NCBI GenBank assembly: GCA_963749495.1
Contig: CAVVMW010000012.1
Coordinates: 64,001-128,000 of the forward strand
Length of the DNA stretch: 64,000 nucleotides
From: an uncultured bacterium
GTDB taxonomy: Bacteria > Verrucomicrobiota > Verrucomicrobiia > Limisphaerales > UBA8199
Direction: 5' to 3'
The translations under genes and the position numbers were made by a program. The notes under the pieces are model-generated. The model saw only the letters and a program-made list of their open reading frames with translations, was not told the origin of the DNA and made no database searches. Below are positions 1 to 10,882 of the stretch, in pieces (the stretch's first letter is position 1; each line of letters begins with the position of its first letter).

Positions 1-1
1 A

Positions 2-526
2 CGCTCCGTCATTTCGCAACGCGAGGTGGGCATTTCGGTGAGCACGTTCGCCTACGGCTTACGGGCGGCGCTGCGCCAGAACCCCGATTCCATCCTGGTC
101 GGAGAAATACGCGATTACGAAACCGCCGACATTGCTCTGAGAGCCTCGGAATCCGGGCACGTCGTCTTTGGCACGTTGCACACCGCCAATGCCGCCCAAT
201 CCATCGAGCGCCTGGTCAACATGTTTCCGGCCGCGGAGCAGATGAGCGCCTGGAACGTCCTGTCCACGACCCTCAAGGCCGTCATCTGCCAGGTCCTGGT
301 CAACGCCCGCGAAGGGGGGCGCCTGGCGGCGCGGGAGATTCTGCTCACCAGCGACGGCGTCGCCTCCTACATCGGGCAAAAGGACCTGCAAGGCGTGCGC
401 CGGGCCATCGAGTCCGGCTACAACCAGTTTGGCATGCAGAACTGGCAGAAGGCCGCTGAGCTTCTGTACCGGCAAGGCATGATCGACGACGACGCCCGAA
501 AACAGATTATCGCGATGGGGAGCTGA
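2..526 (+). CDS. pilT: PilT/PilU-family pilus retraction ATPase, C-terminal part (5' truncated by window)
   Basis: [26 protein letters not shown] (Walker B), [11 protein letters not shown]is-box; frame open from position 2. Confidence 0.9.
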   Translation, partial: RSVISQREVGISVSTFAYGLRAALRQNPDSILVGEIRDYETADIALRASESGHVVFGTLHTANAAQSIERLVNMFPAAEQMSAWNVLSTTLKAVICQVLVNAREGGRLAAREILLTSDGVASYIGQKDLQGVRRAIESGYNQFGMQNWQKAAELLYRQGMIDDDARKQIIAMGS

Positions 527-531
527 CCGTC

Positions 532-1483
532 ATGATCAACAGCATTCTCGACATCCTGTCCTTCAAAGCCTTCATCGCCCGGAGCGACGATCCCGCGATC
601 CATTTCAGCCGGAAGGTGGGCAGCGAGGAGTTCATTCTGGCCATCCTCGGGCATCAGCACATCAAGTACGCCAAGGCCCGCCTCAAGAACAGGAAACTGC
701 ACCTGGGCAAACCCACAACCGCCTTCTGCGAGAGTTTTCAGAAAGCCGAAATAGACGCCCCCTGGGCCGCTGAGATGATGGGCGAGGCAGCCGGCACCAA
801 ACGCCTGCTGCTGGGGCTGAACATCCTCTTCTCCAACATCAAGGTCTATCCGGCCGAGCAGAAGCTCAAAGAGACAGAACGGGCGATCACCACGAACCTG
901 GAAGAAGAAGTCGGCAAGACCTACGAACGGCAGGCCCGGTATTTCCTGTCCCAAGCCGGCCAGCAAATCTGCCTCAACGGGGTCGAGAAAGAGCAAATCA
1001 CCAGGCCCGTCGAGAAGTTCCGGCGGTGGGGGTTCGAACGTCGTGGGCGCATTCCACTATCCCACGGCGATCATGGCGCAGGTTTCCACCATGCCGCTGG
1101 ATTGGGAGAATCCCGGCATGCTCGTGTATTATTCGCAGAAGCTCATGTTCTTTCTGGGATGGAACAGGGGAGAGATCCTGACATTGCGCAGCCGGCTCAT
1201 CGCCGAAAGCCAGCGCGGCGGCACCGGGGCCCGGCCGACGCTCAATGCCCTGAGCAAGGAAATTGACACCACCGTGCAAATCGTTTCGGGCAAAGCCAAC
1301 AACGTCGAGGTCGCCAACGTCTACGTCCACCACGACCACCAGGACCCGGCTTTTGCCGCAGTGGAAATCGTGCAGAAAAACGCCAAGGCCTTGACCTGGC
1401 AGGCCGACGCCATTGTCAGCCAGGTGCAGCCCTATCCCGACCCCAACCTCGGAATCGCCTGCGAAATCTGCAGCGCGCCCTGA
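532..1483 (+). CDS. Divergent PilM-like pilus assembly protein (frameshift near 1010-1050)
   Basis: Overlapping ORFs 532-1266 and 1043-1483 join to ~317 aa; lies between pilT and PilN/PilO-like genes; assignment mainly by synteny. Confidence 0.45.
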
Positions 1484-1486
1484 ACC

Positions 1487-2073
1487 ATGAATTCCCGCCA
1501 CCTCAAACTGCCCGTTATCATCAACCTGCAGCCCGGCCCGAGGCCGCCATCCTCAGGCTGCCGGACTGGATGAAATACCTGTTCCTCCTGCTCTATGCCT
1601 GCACTCTGTTTGGAATGGGTCTGCTGCTGAAGGAAGGCTACGGGTTTTTCAAACTTTATCAACTGAAGGTGCAGGCCCTGCGTGCGGCCGAGCAGGCCAC
1701 GCGGGATATCGCCGTCTTAAACCAGAAACTGGTGGAAAACCGGCGCACCCAGACCAGCTACGAGCTGTTCAAATACCGCCAGCGCGGGATCGCTCGCCCG
1801 GGCCCGCTGCTGGATTGGTTGCCGACGCTGGTGGGCCGCGCGCAGCGCGCGCATTTCATCAGCCTTCAGCAAGCCAACGACAAGGTGAACGTGCGCATCA
1901 CACTCGAGAAGGCCATCGCCAACGGCGTCATCCAGAACCCCGCGGCACCGCCCGATTACCAGATCGTTCAATCGGGAGAGGAAACCCCCAAATACCAGGA
2001 ACTGCCCGCCAACCAAAGGCCCAATCCCAAGAACGAGTATGCGGCCTTCGCGGTGCAGCTCAAGAAACAATAG
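1487..2073 (+). CDS. PilN-like protein (frameshift near 1545)
   Basis: ATG 1487 reads MNSRHLKLPVIINLQP (INL motif typical of PilN), continuing out of frame into 1570-2073: TM helix, coiled coil, small periplasmic domain. Confidence 0.55.
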
Positions 2074-2077
2074 CGCC

Positions 2078-2594
2078 ATGCAATCCAACGCCGTTCGGGC
2101 TCAACTTGCGGCCGTCGCCGCCATTTTGTTTCTGGCCGTGGTCGCCGTGGCACCCTGGGTCGCCGGCTCGCACGTCTTGAAACCTGTCTCGCTGAAATGG
2201 AACTGGATTATCAAACACAAGGACGAACTGCTTGCCGAAAAGGCCGGGCTGGATGCCAAACTCAAGGACTTCCAGAACATGGAAGAAAAGCGGAAAGCCA
2301 ATGCGCTCTTCCAAAAGAACATTGAACAGAGCGGGTTGGACTCGATGCAGGGCTTCATCAACAACGGCAAGTATGCGGTCTACAGCTTCCGCACGCTGCA
2401 GCTGGATTCCAAGGAGACCAGTTTCAGCTTCGTGGCCCAGTACAACGCCCTGGGGCTGCTGCTCACGGACATGTGGAACACATTCCAATTCATCGAAATG
2501 AGACTCGCTGGTCATGAAACCCAGTCCCAACAAACCGGAGGAGGACGTGGTCGCCACGCTGACAGTCCGATTACCTCAAGGGCAAAACCGATGA
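2078..2594 (+). CDS. PilO-like protein (frameshift near 2500)
   Basis: TM + coiled coil + FSFVAQYNALGLLL; alternative frame continues DSLVMKP...VVATLTVRLPQGQNR* ending in ATGA overlap with the next gene. Confidence 0.5.
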
Positions 2595-3445
2595 AACGCT
2601 GGCTTTGCATGACCCTCGCGTCGCTGCTCCCGTACGGACTGCTCTCCGCGCAAAGCCCCAGGAACGCTGCGCCGGGCACGGGAGCCGCCGTGCCCGCCGC
2701 GATCCAAACAGCCGGCAAACCCATCCCGACTGCGGAGGGCAATCCCATACTGAAAGGGGCGGAGCTGAAGACCGAATGGGCTAACGCCCGGAACCCGTTT
2801 CGCTTCGAGGTCACTGACAGCCCTTCCTACTCCCCGGAAAGACTGGAACAAATGCAGGTCCTCGGGTACGGCAGAATGCCGGACGAGAAGGGAATCCTGC
2901 GAACCTACGCCTTTGCCACCAAGACGACGGAAGGTGCCCGGGTGGAGGGCACCAAACTGGAAGACAGGGTTACCAAGGACGTGGTTACCCTGCAGGCACT
3001 GCCCGAGAAACTCGACGAACAAACCCTGACCACCGAGGAGCAGATCGAAGAAAGTTCGATCCTCCTTGGCAACGAACAACTCTGGTTCCTGGGCGTCCTG
3101 CGGACCAACGGCCAGGCCATGGCGATCTTCCTGCCGGACAGCGCGACCTACCCCATCCAGGAGGAGGACCTGCGCCCTTTCGAGATCCAGGATTCACTCA
3201 AGGAAGTGCACGTGCGCACCACCAAAGCCGGCGAGAGAATCAGCACCGCGGACAGCGCCCTGGGAGCCTTTTCACGCCGCAAGCCCAAGAACACGCCGGC
3301 CAGACCCGCCCCAACAGGACCCGTGCCGCCAACCAAGCCGCCGCTGCCAGATCCAAAGGCCAAGGGAAAGGTCCCCAACCACGCCAACCCTGATCCCAGG
3401 GGGAGCAGGGCCACACCGTCACCGGCAGCACCCCACGACAGATGA
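2591..3445 (+). CDS. PilP-like secreted protein
   Basis: Signal peptide MKRWLCMTLASLL; RNPF motif; FLGVLRTNGQAMAIF beta segment; Pro-rich tail. Confidence 0.5.
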   Translation: MKRWLCMTLASLLPYGLLSAQSPRNAAPGTGAAVPAAIQTAGKPIPTAEGNPILKGAELKTEWANARNPFRFEVTDSPSYSPERLEQMQVLGYGRMPDEKGILRTYAFATKTTEGARVEGTKLEDRVTKDVVTLQALPEKLDEQTLTTEEQIEESSILLGNEQLWFLGVLRTNGQAMAIFLPDSATYPIQEEDLRPFEIQDSLKEVHVRTTKAGERISTADSALGAFSRRKPKNTPARPAPTGPVPPTKPPLPDPKAKGKVPNHANPDPRGSRATPSPAAPHDR

Positions 3446-3998
3446 CGGCCAGGCCGCTGGCCCGCTGGTTTACAAACAGCAGTCTGGAGAGGAAGACGAG
3501 TGGAGGAATCTTTGGGCCTGCACTGCCCAGAAGCCCTTCGGATCCAGGTTCCTTGAACCGGAGCGCACCCGTGCGGATCCCATCATCGCCCCCCAACAAG
3601 CAGTCAATCCCCAGTAGCGTGTGCGCGGGGCGCTTATCGCGCCCCGCAGCCCTCCGTTCCATCCGCCGAATCAGCGCATCCGCCCCATCGATCCGGCGCT
3701 GACTCGCCAAGCGCGCCAAAGAGAGAACGACCCTGTCGGGTGTGATGCGAGTTGGGATCCAGAGTCAGTGCCGTCCCAGCGGAAATCGCCGCGGCGATTT
3801 CAGCCACGAGGGGTCGTACGCAAAGGAGACCCCCTCGCGCCCTTTGCTGACGCACGACCAAAGCCGGCCAACCAGACAGGTCCGGCCGTCCACATCGATG
3901 CCGGGAGTAAGGGCGAAGCTAGACCTGTACAAAGCGACCATAGACCACTATAAGACCGTAACACCCTCCGGCGCCGGCGGCGCACGATGGAGGGCGGC

Positions 3999-4328
3999 AT
4001 GAACAGGTACCGACTGCTGAAGATGAACAGCCGCGGCGGCCACTACTACGCGGAGGAGATCGAGACCTGCCTGCGGAGGTCGCTGAGGGCGGCCGACCGC
4101 GAGGAGGCCGAGAAGCTCCTCCACGCCCTCAACGAATCCCACCGCAACCCGCACCTCAACCAGCGCATGGCGCAGACTTACCTGGTCGGGAGCGACTCGG
4201 CGGCCTTGTCGGCGCCGAACAAGGGAAAAGCTGGCCACGACCAGCCCGAAAAGATGCCCAGTCCGGCTTTGCGCAGCTTGGGCGTACGGGTTCAACGCCT
4301 GCGTGGCGCTCAGCATCATGAATGGTAG
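3999..4328 (+). pseudogene. N-terminal remnant of a tyrosine recombinase/integrase
   Basis: MNRYRL...YYAEE...SLRAADREEAEKLLHALNESHRNPHLNQRMAQTYLVGSD resembles the N-terminus of Verrucomicrobiota integrases; no catalytic domain follows. Confidence 0.6.
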
Positions 4329-4944
4329 CGTCCGCCCGACCACCAACCACCAGGCCAACCAGACGGCCTCTCGGCTCGACGCGGAGGAGCGTCGCGCCCT
4401 CCGGCGGTGCGGCACCATTCTTCTCTGTCCACAGGGCCGCGCTGTGGTCCAGCCCATTCGACACTGACAGGACGGGATCCAGGGGTCGGACCCGAACTCT
4501 TATCCGAATTCGTCAGCGGGCGACACACCCGCTCTGTCCCACCGGGCCGGCCCTGCTTTCCCCCTCCCCTCGCAAACAACGGTCAACAGCCCTGGAAACC
4601 GGCCCGATGCGCTGGTACGGAATTTAAAAAAACCTCGACCAGCGGCCAAAATTGGCTTGACTCCGGTGTGGACTCTTTTATGATGACTATCGTTGGAAGC
4701 CTGCATATCGTCCTCGCGAACGAATTGTGTCGGTTACAGCTGGGCCAATGGGCACTACTCGACAGGCAGGCTTGTTGCCAGCCGGGAGCAAAGCGTACGA
4801 AGTTCGAACCTTAGATTCCGGAGCCCGACAACTGTACCCACCAGCGGCGCAAGTCTCCTGCACGCAAGGGGAAACGTGTCGCCAGGAGTTTTGGCCTTGT
4901 TTCGATAGGCTCACAACGGGGTAAAACACAACAGACGTCAAAAC

Positions 4945-6342
4945 ATGAAAGGCAACTCTTCGCACGCAACAACAACCAAGACCGTCCTGCTGATCGGATG
5001 GTACTTTTATGCACTCACCGGCTTGCTTGCGGCACCCGCCCAGGAAGGGGAAAAATCGGCACCCCCAGCCGACAAGGAGGTGACAAAACCGCAGAACCTC
5101 TTTCCTCAGGCGGAGGAAGTCTCGGGTAGCCGCCTGACTCAAAAGCGAGACGAGTACCTTAAAGAGCGCAAGTGGGTTCTCTATTATTCACGCTCCAACC
5201 CCAACTCGGCCTACATCGGCTGGGGAGAAGCAACCATCCAGGCAAAACCAAACGACCTGAAATTCGGCCAGTCCCGCGTCCTCGCCTATGAAACGGCCCT
5301 GATGGAGGCCAAAGGAGAGTTCGTCCGGTTCCAACAGCGCCAGGTGACGACCGAGACCATCCGCAAACTGTTCCAGGACTCCGGGGACATCACCGAGGAA
5401 GAAGCCGCCAAAGAGGTCAGCCGACTCAAGGTCATCTGGGAGAAAATCCTGGCGCTCACCGAAGCCCAACTCGACGCGGCCCTCGAGAAAGCAGGAGTTG
5501 ATCCGGCCCAGTTCCGGAGCAAGCCGCCGGAAATGAGGCGCAAGCTGCTCCAGGATTCCATCAACCGGAGCATCCAAGTTCACGCGCTGGCATCCGTGGC
5601 CGGCATCCGCACCCTTGCCACTTTCGAAGACCTCAACGCGGTCGGAGTGTTGATCGTCTATTCGGACAACCAGCGCGAGATCGCCCGAAGCATGTTCACC
5701 GGCCAGCCTGTCGCGCAGTCGGATTCCGCAAAGCAAAAGGAGGATATCCTGAAACAGATTGAGGCAACCTGCCCAAGGGGAGCCAAAGATCTTGCTGACG
5801 TTTTCGGCGTCCGCGTCATGACGGACGATAACGGCGACCGCGTACTGGTCGCTTTCGGCCAGTGGTCACCGGCGGTCACCCAGGCGGACAGCCGCTTTCG
5901 CCGGGACACCGCGATCAAAGCCGGTCGTACCCAAGCCGAAAACCTGGCGGATGGCGCGCTGACCGACTTCGTCAACAGCACGCTTGCCCTGGAATCGGAC
6001 AGTTCTATCTGGCAGAACGCGGAGCTCAACCGGATCATCAGCCCGAAAGCAACCGAGGAGGTGGAGTCCCTCACGATCGGCGAGGTCCTCAACACAGTGC
6101 TCAAACAGCACGGCAGAGCTACCCTCCAAGGCGTTACCACGCTCAAGCAGTGGACCGCCAATCATCCTGAGACCGGGCACTTGCTGGTGGGCCACATCGT
6201 GATGTGGAGCCCCAGCTCGCGAGATGCGGCTATCCACGGACTGAGCAATCGAGCACCTTCAAAACCCGGAACAGGCCAACCACGCGCATATGAGAACAAA
6301 GTTCGAACCAGCCCTGATTTCGACAAGGATGTTGACTTCTAA
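4945..6342 (+). CDS. Secreted hypothetical protein (DUF6844-like)
   Basis: 465-aa ORF with signal peptide, directly upstream of a CsgG-like gene; family assignment from recollection. Confidence 0.5.
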   Translation: MKGNSSHATTTKTVLLIGWYFYALTGLLAAPAQEGEKSAPPADKEVTKPQNLFPQAEEVSGSRLTQKRDEYLKERKWVLYYSRSNPNSAYIGWGEATIQAKPNDLKFGQSRVLAYETALMEAKGEFVRFQQRQVTTETIRKLFQDSGDITEEEAAKEVSRLKVIWEKILALTEAQLDAALEKAGVDPAQFRSKPPEMRRKLLQDSINRSIQVHALASVAGIRTLATFEDLNAVGVLIVYSDNQREIARSMFTGQPVAQSDSAKQKEDILKQIEATCPRGAKDLADVFGVRVMTDDNGDRVLVAFGQWSPAVTQADSRFRRDTAIKAGRTQAENLADGALTDFVNSTLALESDSSIWQNAELNRIISPKATEEVESLTIGEVLNTVLKQHGRATLQGVTTLKQWTANHPETGHLLVGHIVMWSPSSRDAAIHGLSNRAPSKPGTGQPRAYENKVRTSPDFDKDVDF

Positions 6343-8058
6343 GGTACCCTGGCTCATCCTCGTCATCCTGACCGCAGGTGTCCCATCTTCGCCGTGCTCC
6401 GGGGCTCGATCGAGTTGATCGCCCGCGAATCCACCGGCTACGGCGACTCTCAGAATGAGGCCATCGTGGGGGCACTAGTTGAGGCCGTTCGACAAACCAG
6501 CGGAATAACCGTGGAAACCGAGAAAAGCCTGCGCACGACCCTGGTGGATACCGGTTCGGATCAGAGAATCGCAAGCGAGCTCAAAGACCAAATCCGGTCG
6601 CGGAGCAACGGCCAGATTTACAGTTACGACGTCATCAGCCTAACCAACCAGGACCAACGGTGGATTGCCGGGCTCACGGTAACCCTGCCACGCTACCGGT
6701 CACCTCCGCAGGACCATCCCACACTCGCAAGCGTCGCGGTATTACCGTTCAGGGCGAACAGCCAAGCAGGCGCCGAATTGGTACGCCCTTGGGAACAAAA
6801 GCTGGTGACCTGCTTGGTCCAAGCACGCCGGTTCCAGGTGGTGGACCGCAACTACACGGCCGAGCTCGACCGTGAAGACGCCCGCTTGCGACAGGGTGAC
6901 ACGCCAGTCACAGAGCTTGCACGACTCGGCCAGCAACTGGGTGCCGACTACGCGGTCGTCGGGGAGATCACCCGGTTCGATCTGAAGCACCGAGCGGGCT
7001 CAGCCCTGCTGGAAGAGGTTTCCCTCAACATCGATTTTCGCATAGTCGAATCCGCCACCCGACAGGTGCGGGGGGCCAATACAGCCAGCGTGAGCTTCAC
7101 CTCCGACATGCTGGGCCAACTCGGCCTCTCGGGCGACCAGCGCCAAGCCCAGGAACACCTGCTGAACAGCTTGGCTTTTTGGGTCGTTACCGACCTCATC
7201 GAGGTGGTCCACCCGGTCAAGCCCGGAACCGTTTCCATGAGGGTGTCCCCCGTCGCCGAGTATGCGCTCTACGTCAACGGGATGCGGGTGACCGGGACGG
7301 ACAATGATTTCGCGCTCCCGGCAGAGCGCGATCTCACCCTCCAGGTGATCGCCAGCAACTACGAGATCACCCAGCGGAAATTGCGGCTGGAAGCGGGCGG
7401 AAATCAGGTTTGCGAGGCAAGGCTGAGCGCGGGTCCCGGGATGGTCCTGGAAGACGCAAGAAAGCAGATCAACCCAACGGGCTATGCTTCCTTGAATGGC
7501 AAGAGCTACCTGTCGTTTGGGCTTCTCGGGCTTGGCAAGAAGGTGGCCGAGGGAGGAACGGTAAAGGTGAATTGTCAAGGGTGCGAATACCAAGTAGAGG
7601 TTGCGGCCATCGATCTTTCGCAGGGGTGGTACAAGCTGAAGTACAAAGGGCTATCAGTCACCAAGAGGCTACAGACGATGGATTCCTTGGGCCAGGGTGC
7701 CGACAGTTCGCCGGTACTCCTTGTGCAACAACCGTCTCGCGGCCTGGTGACTCCATCATTGACGTGGTCCAAAACCGCCGAAGTCGCCTGGAAGCAACCG
7801 CCGCAGGCCCTCAGCCGGCCGATGCCAGCAATCTCGACACCAACGCAACCGAGCGTGAGTCCGGGCCAACCAAAGGCGAATCAGCCGAAGCAGAACATCC
7901 TCCGCAGAGTGCTCGACAACGTTGCCCAGCCGCCGTCACAGCCGAAGGGAAATCAAGCACAACCCGGCACGACTCCTTCCCAACCGAAGGCAACTCCATC
8001 GCAACCAGCCCCGAACTCGTCAAGCAAGGGTTCGGCAAAACCAAGCAACCAGCGTTAG
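6329..8058 (+). CDS. CsgG/HfaB-family protein with PEGA-like domain and Pro/Gln-rich tail (probable frameshift near 6390)
   Basis: VAVLPF...LVQARRFQVVDR...RLGQQLGADYAVVGEI in ORF 6394-8058; out-of-frame signal peptide from ATG 6329. Confidence 0.7.
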
Positions 8059-8187
8059 TCCTCAATTCGCCGGGGTCGCCCTACTCGAAATTCCGCAAGC
8101 GAGGGGACTTTGTCAACGGCGGACAAGCCTGTGTCCTCCACCGGGTCCGCTGGGCCGCCGGGCATCTGATCGTAAGAGAGGAACAAC

Positions 8188-8895
8188 ATGGACTCGTACA
8201 AAGCCGCACATGCAGAGCTCAAGACTTTCTTCGCCGACGCGGACCTGCCCGACGAGGAGGGCAAGAGGCTCTGCATCGCGACCATCGATGGATTCCACGA
8301 GCTGTTCCACCAGCTAGTGAAGGAGCTGGGGATCCGGGACGAATGGCCCGAGCAACTCTGCGAGATCCTCCCGCTATGCATAGGGACGGTCGAGCGCTCC
8401 GGCAAGATGGGGGTGCAGTTCACCATGGCCATCGGCGCCGAGAGCTGGCGCATCGGGGCACACCTGCGGAGCTCGGAGCACCTGCGTCACATGACCGACA
8501 AGTTCTGGGGCCACATCGTGAAGCTGGCCTCGCTCGGGAAGGTGTCCTGCCCCGCCGCATGCGCCCCCACCAAGACCCCGGAGGCCAAGAAACTGGCCCA
8601 GCACCAGATCAGCCTAGTGTTCTCGCTGGCTCGCGATTACGTCCTGATCGAGCAAGAGCCCAAGGACCCAGGTTCCCTCTCGTGCCATTCGGTCGGCGGC
8701 ATCGAGGTCGAGCTCCCGCTCGATGCGGATGAGGCCAAGGTCCGCCAGTTCTTCAAGGATGGACTGGAGTCTCGATACCGCGCCAATTGCCTGCTCTACC
8801 GCTCTGCCTACCTGGAGTCCAAGCGCCTGCTCAAACAGCAGGGCATAAAGGAGCCCCAGCTCTCGGCCTACCTGAAGAACCTCGCCAGGTGCTGA
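8188..8895 (+). CDS. Hypothetical protein
   Basis: 235-aa ORF with GAGG RBS and strong GC3 bias. Confidence 0.7.
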   Translation: MDSYKAAHAELKTFFADADLPDEEGKRLCIATIDGFHELFHQLVKELGIRDEWPEQLCEILPLCIGTVERSGKMGVQFTMAIGAESWRIGAHLRSSEHLRHMTDKFWGHIVKLASLGKVSCPAACAPTKTPEAKKLAQHQISLVFSLARDYVLIEQEPKDPGSLSCHSVGGIEVELPLDADEAKVRQFFKDGLESRYRANCLLYRSAYLESKRLLKQQGIKEPQLSAYLKNLARC

Positions 8896-9037
8896 GCGTG
8901 CCGCCAACTTAGCCGCGGGTGCCTACCCCACCGGCTTCGCCAGCGCACAGCACTCGGAGGATCCCCCTTGGCGGTGAAGGGCAAGCACTGGCACTGGATC
9001 GTCAGCAACCCGCCCTACTCAAAGTTCCGAGACTTAA

Positions 9038-9316
9038 CCGCTTGCCCCCGTGCTGGATGACGCCATGACCCGGCTCAAACAGGCCGACCGCGACGCTTCG
9101 GCGCTTCGCTTTCTCCAGAACCAGGACTTACGCCAGGTTGGCGCAGCCATGGGCGTGAGCGAGGATACCGCGCAAAAGCGGGTTAGCCGGGCCTTGGAGA
9201 GACTCCGCAAGCTCCTGGCAGGGCGGGGCATCACCTCCGCGGCCACAATGTTGGGGGCCGTCCTCGCTGGGCAAGCGAGGTCGGCGGCCCGCCGGTCTGG
9301 CGGCGAGCATCGCTAG
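9038..9316 (+). pseudogene. ECF sigma factor region-4 fragment
   Basis: LDDAMTRLKQADRDASALRFLQNQDLRQVGAAMGVSEDTAQKRVSRALERLR; region 2 absent. Confidence 0.75.
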
Positions 9317-9594
9317 CGGCGCGGAAACGGCCGCCTCTGTCGCGCTAGCCAGGCCAACGCCGTCATGTCCTCTCCGAGCTTCTTCAACACTCCGCGAACC
9401 GGCACAACAGCAAGGCCGTGCATCGAGCCTACGCACGCCGAGCACAAGTAAGACTCCCCTCGTTGGAGGGCTACGAACGGCAGGCTGCGGACGACCGGAT
9501 TATTCGGCTGCCGTCTCCGCCGCAAACGGCGCGGCATCCTGATCAGCCCGGCCAGAGGATTGGCTGAAGGGTCCCGCTCCCCACCAGACCCCCA

Positions 9595-10803
9595 ATGACC
9601 GAAGAAGAGGGACAGATTCCGCTTGTCTATGTTCACGAAAACAGCTATGTTCACGGTGTCGTGAAAACTGCTATATCTGTGAACACCGCAGCCCTGACCG
9701 GCGCGGCCCTGGAGAGGGCGCTGGCGCAACGGCTGCGGGAGCTGCTTGCCGGTGTGGGCTGGCTCAAGGGTTGGGAAGTGGCCTGCGGACCGGTACCGCT
9801 GGAGCAGGGCTTCGACTTTAAGGCGACCCTGCCCGTGCCGGGCGGCAAGACTGCGGAATTGTGTGTCGTGTGCAAGGCCAATCCACGGCCTTATCAAATC
9901 GCCCGTGATCGAACAGAGGATCATCCCTCGCCGCAGAACAGACGCCTGAATCGAGTATGGGTCTTCGCGGCGCCGTTTGTTTCACCGCGCATGGCGCAAT
10001 TATGCCGGGAACAGGGCTGGAGTTGGTTTGATCTGGCGGGCAACTGCTATTTGAGCGTGCCAGATGCTTTCCAAATTGAACGCACAGGACAATCGCCGGT
10101 CTACCCGCTTCCAAGGCCCGGTGCCAATCTGAGCACCCCTGAGGCAGCGCGTATCCTTCGCGCCCTGCTGGTAACGGAGCATGGGGGGCGGAAATGGACC
10201 CAACGAGACCTGCAACTTCACGCCCAGCCGAATGTCAGCATCGGTTTGGTGAACAAAGTCGTCCGCCATCTCCATGACGAAGCCTTTATTGAGAATCTGC
10301 CGGACGGCGGTTTCAAGTTGCGTTCTCCACTGGAACCGCTGGCCGCGTGGCGCGACGCTTACCGTTTCGACCGTCACCAACGCCGCAGTTATTTCACGCT
10401 GTTGCAGGGCCGGCGTTTGCAGGAGGCATTGGCCAAGCTCGAGTCCCTCACGGGCGGACATGCGGCCTACGCCGCATTTTCCGCCGCCAATATCCAGGCG
10501 CCTCACGTCAGACAACCCAAGACCTGGCTGTACGTGGGTGCCGAGTGGGAAGACACCTTTCGCGACGTGGCCGAAGCCAAATTGGTGGATTCGGGAGAGA
10601 ATCTGGTCGTGCTGGTCCCAGAGGACAACGGCGTCTTCTATCTTCAGGAAGGTGGCGCCATGGGTGAGCAGCGATTGTCCTGCACCAATCCGGTGCAGAC
10701 GTACGTGGATTTGTTTCATTGCGGGGGATGCGGCGCGGAGGCGGCTGAGGCGTTGCTGGAGCAGAACCTCAAGCGTGCCTGGAAAGCGCGAGGTTTGTTG
10801 TGA
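9595..10803 (+). CDS. Type IV toxin-antitoxin AbiEi-family antitoxin / transcriptional regulator
   Basis: WFDLAGNC, wHTH (WTQRDL...VSIGLVNKVVRHL), C-terminal NPVQTYVDL..GG.G.EAA; true start may be GTG 9679. Confidence 0.75.
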   Translation: MTEEEGQIPLVYVHENSYVHGVVKTAISVNTAALTGAALERALAQRLRELLAGVGWLKGWEVACGPVPLEQGFDFKATLPVPGGKTAELCVVCKANPRPYQIARDRTEDHPSPQNRRLNRVWVFAAPFVSPRMAQLCREQGWSWFDLAGNCYLSVPDAFQIERTGQSPVYPLPRPGANLSTPEAARILRALLVTEHGGRKWTQRDLQLHAQPNVSIGLVNKVVRHLHDEAFIENLPDGGFKLRSPLEPLAAWRDAYRFDRHQRRSYFTLLQGRRLQEALAKLESLTGGHAAYAAFSAANIQAPHVRQPKTWLYVGAEWEDTFRDVAEAKLVDSGENLVVLVPEDNGVFYLQEGGAMGEQRLSCTNPVQTYVDLFHCGGCGAEAAEALLEQNLKRAWKARGLL

Positions 10804-10882
10804 ATCCCGCACGCAAAGTCTTACTGGAGGACGACCTTGCCGGTCGCCCGCGTCCCCACGAAACGCGGCAAACAACATTGTC

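Noticed and set aside
4810..4900. FMN- or cobalamin-like riboswitch (AGATTCCGGAGCCCGACAACTGTA)
   Set aside because: Only a short partial resemblance; other conserved elements were not found. An Infernal/Rfam scan would decide.
10274..10882. N-terminal extension of the 574-aa SbcD ORF
   Set aside because: Alternate-frame overlap with abiEi; nuclease motifs start after GTG 10883.
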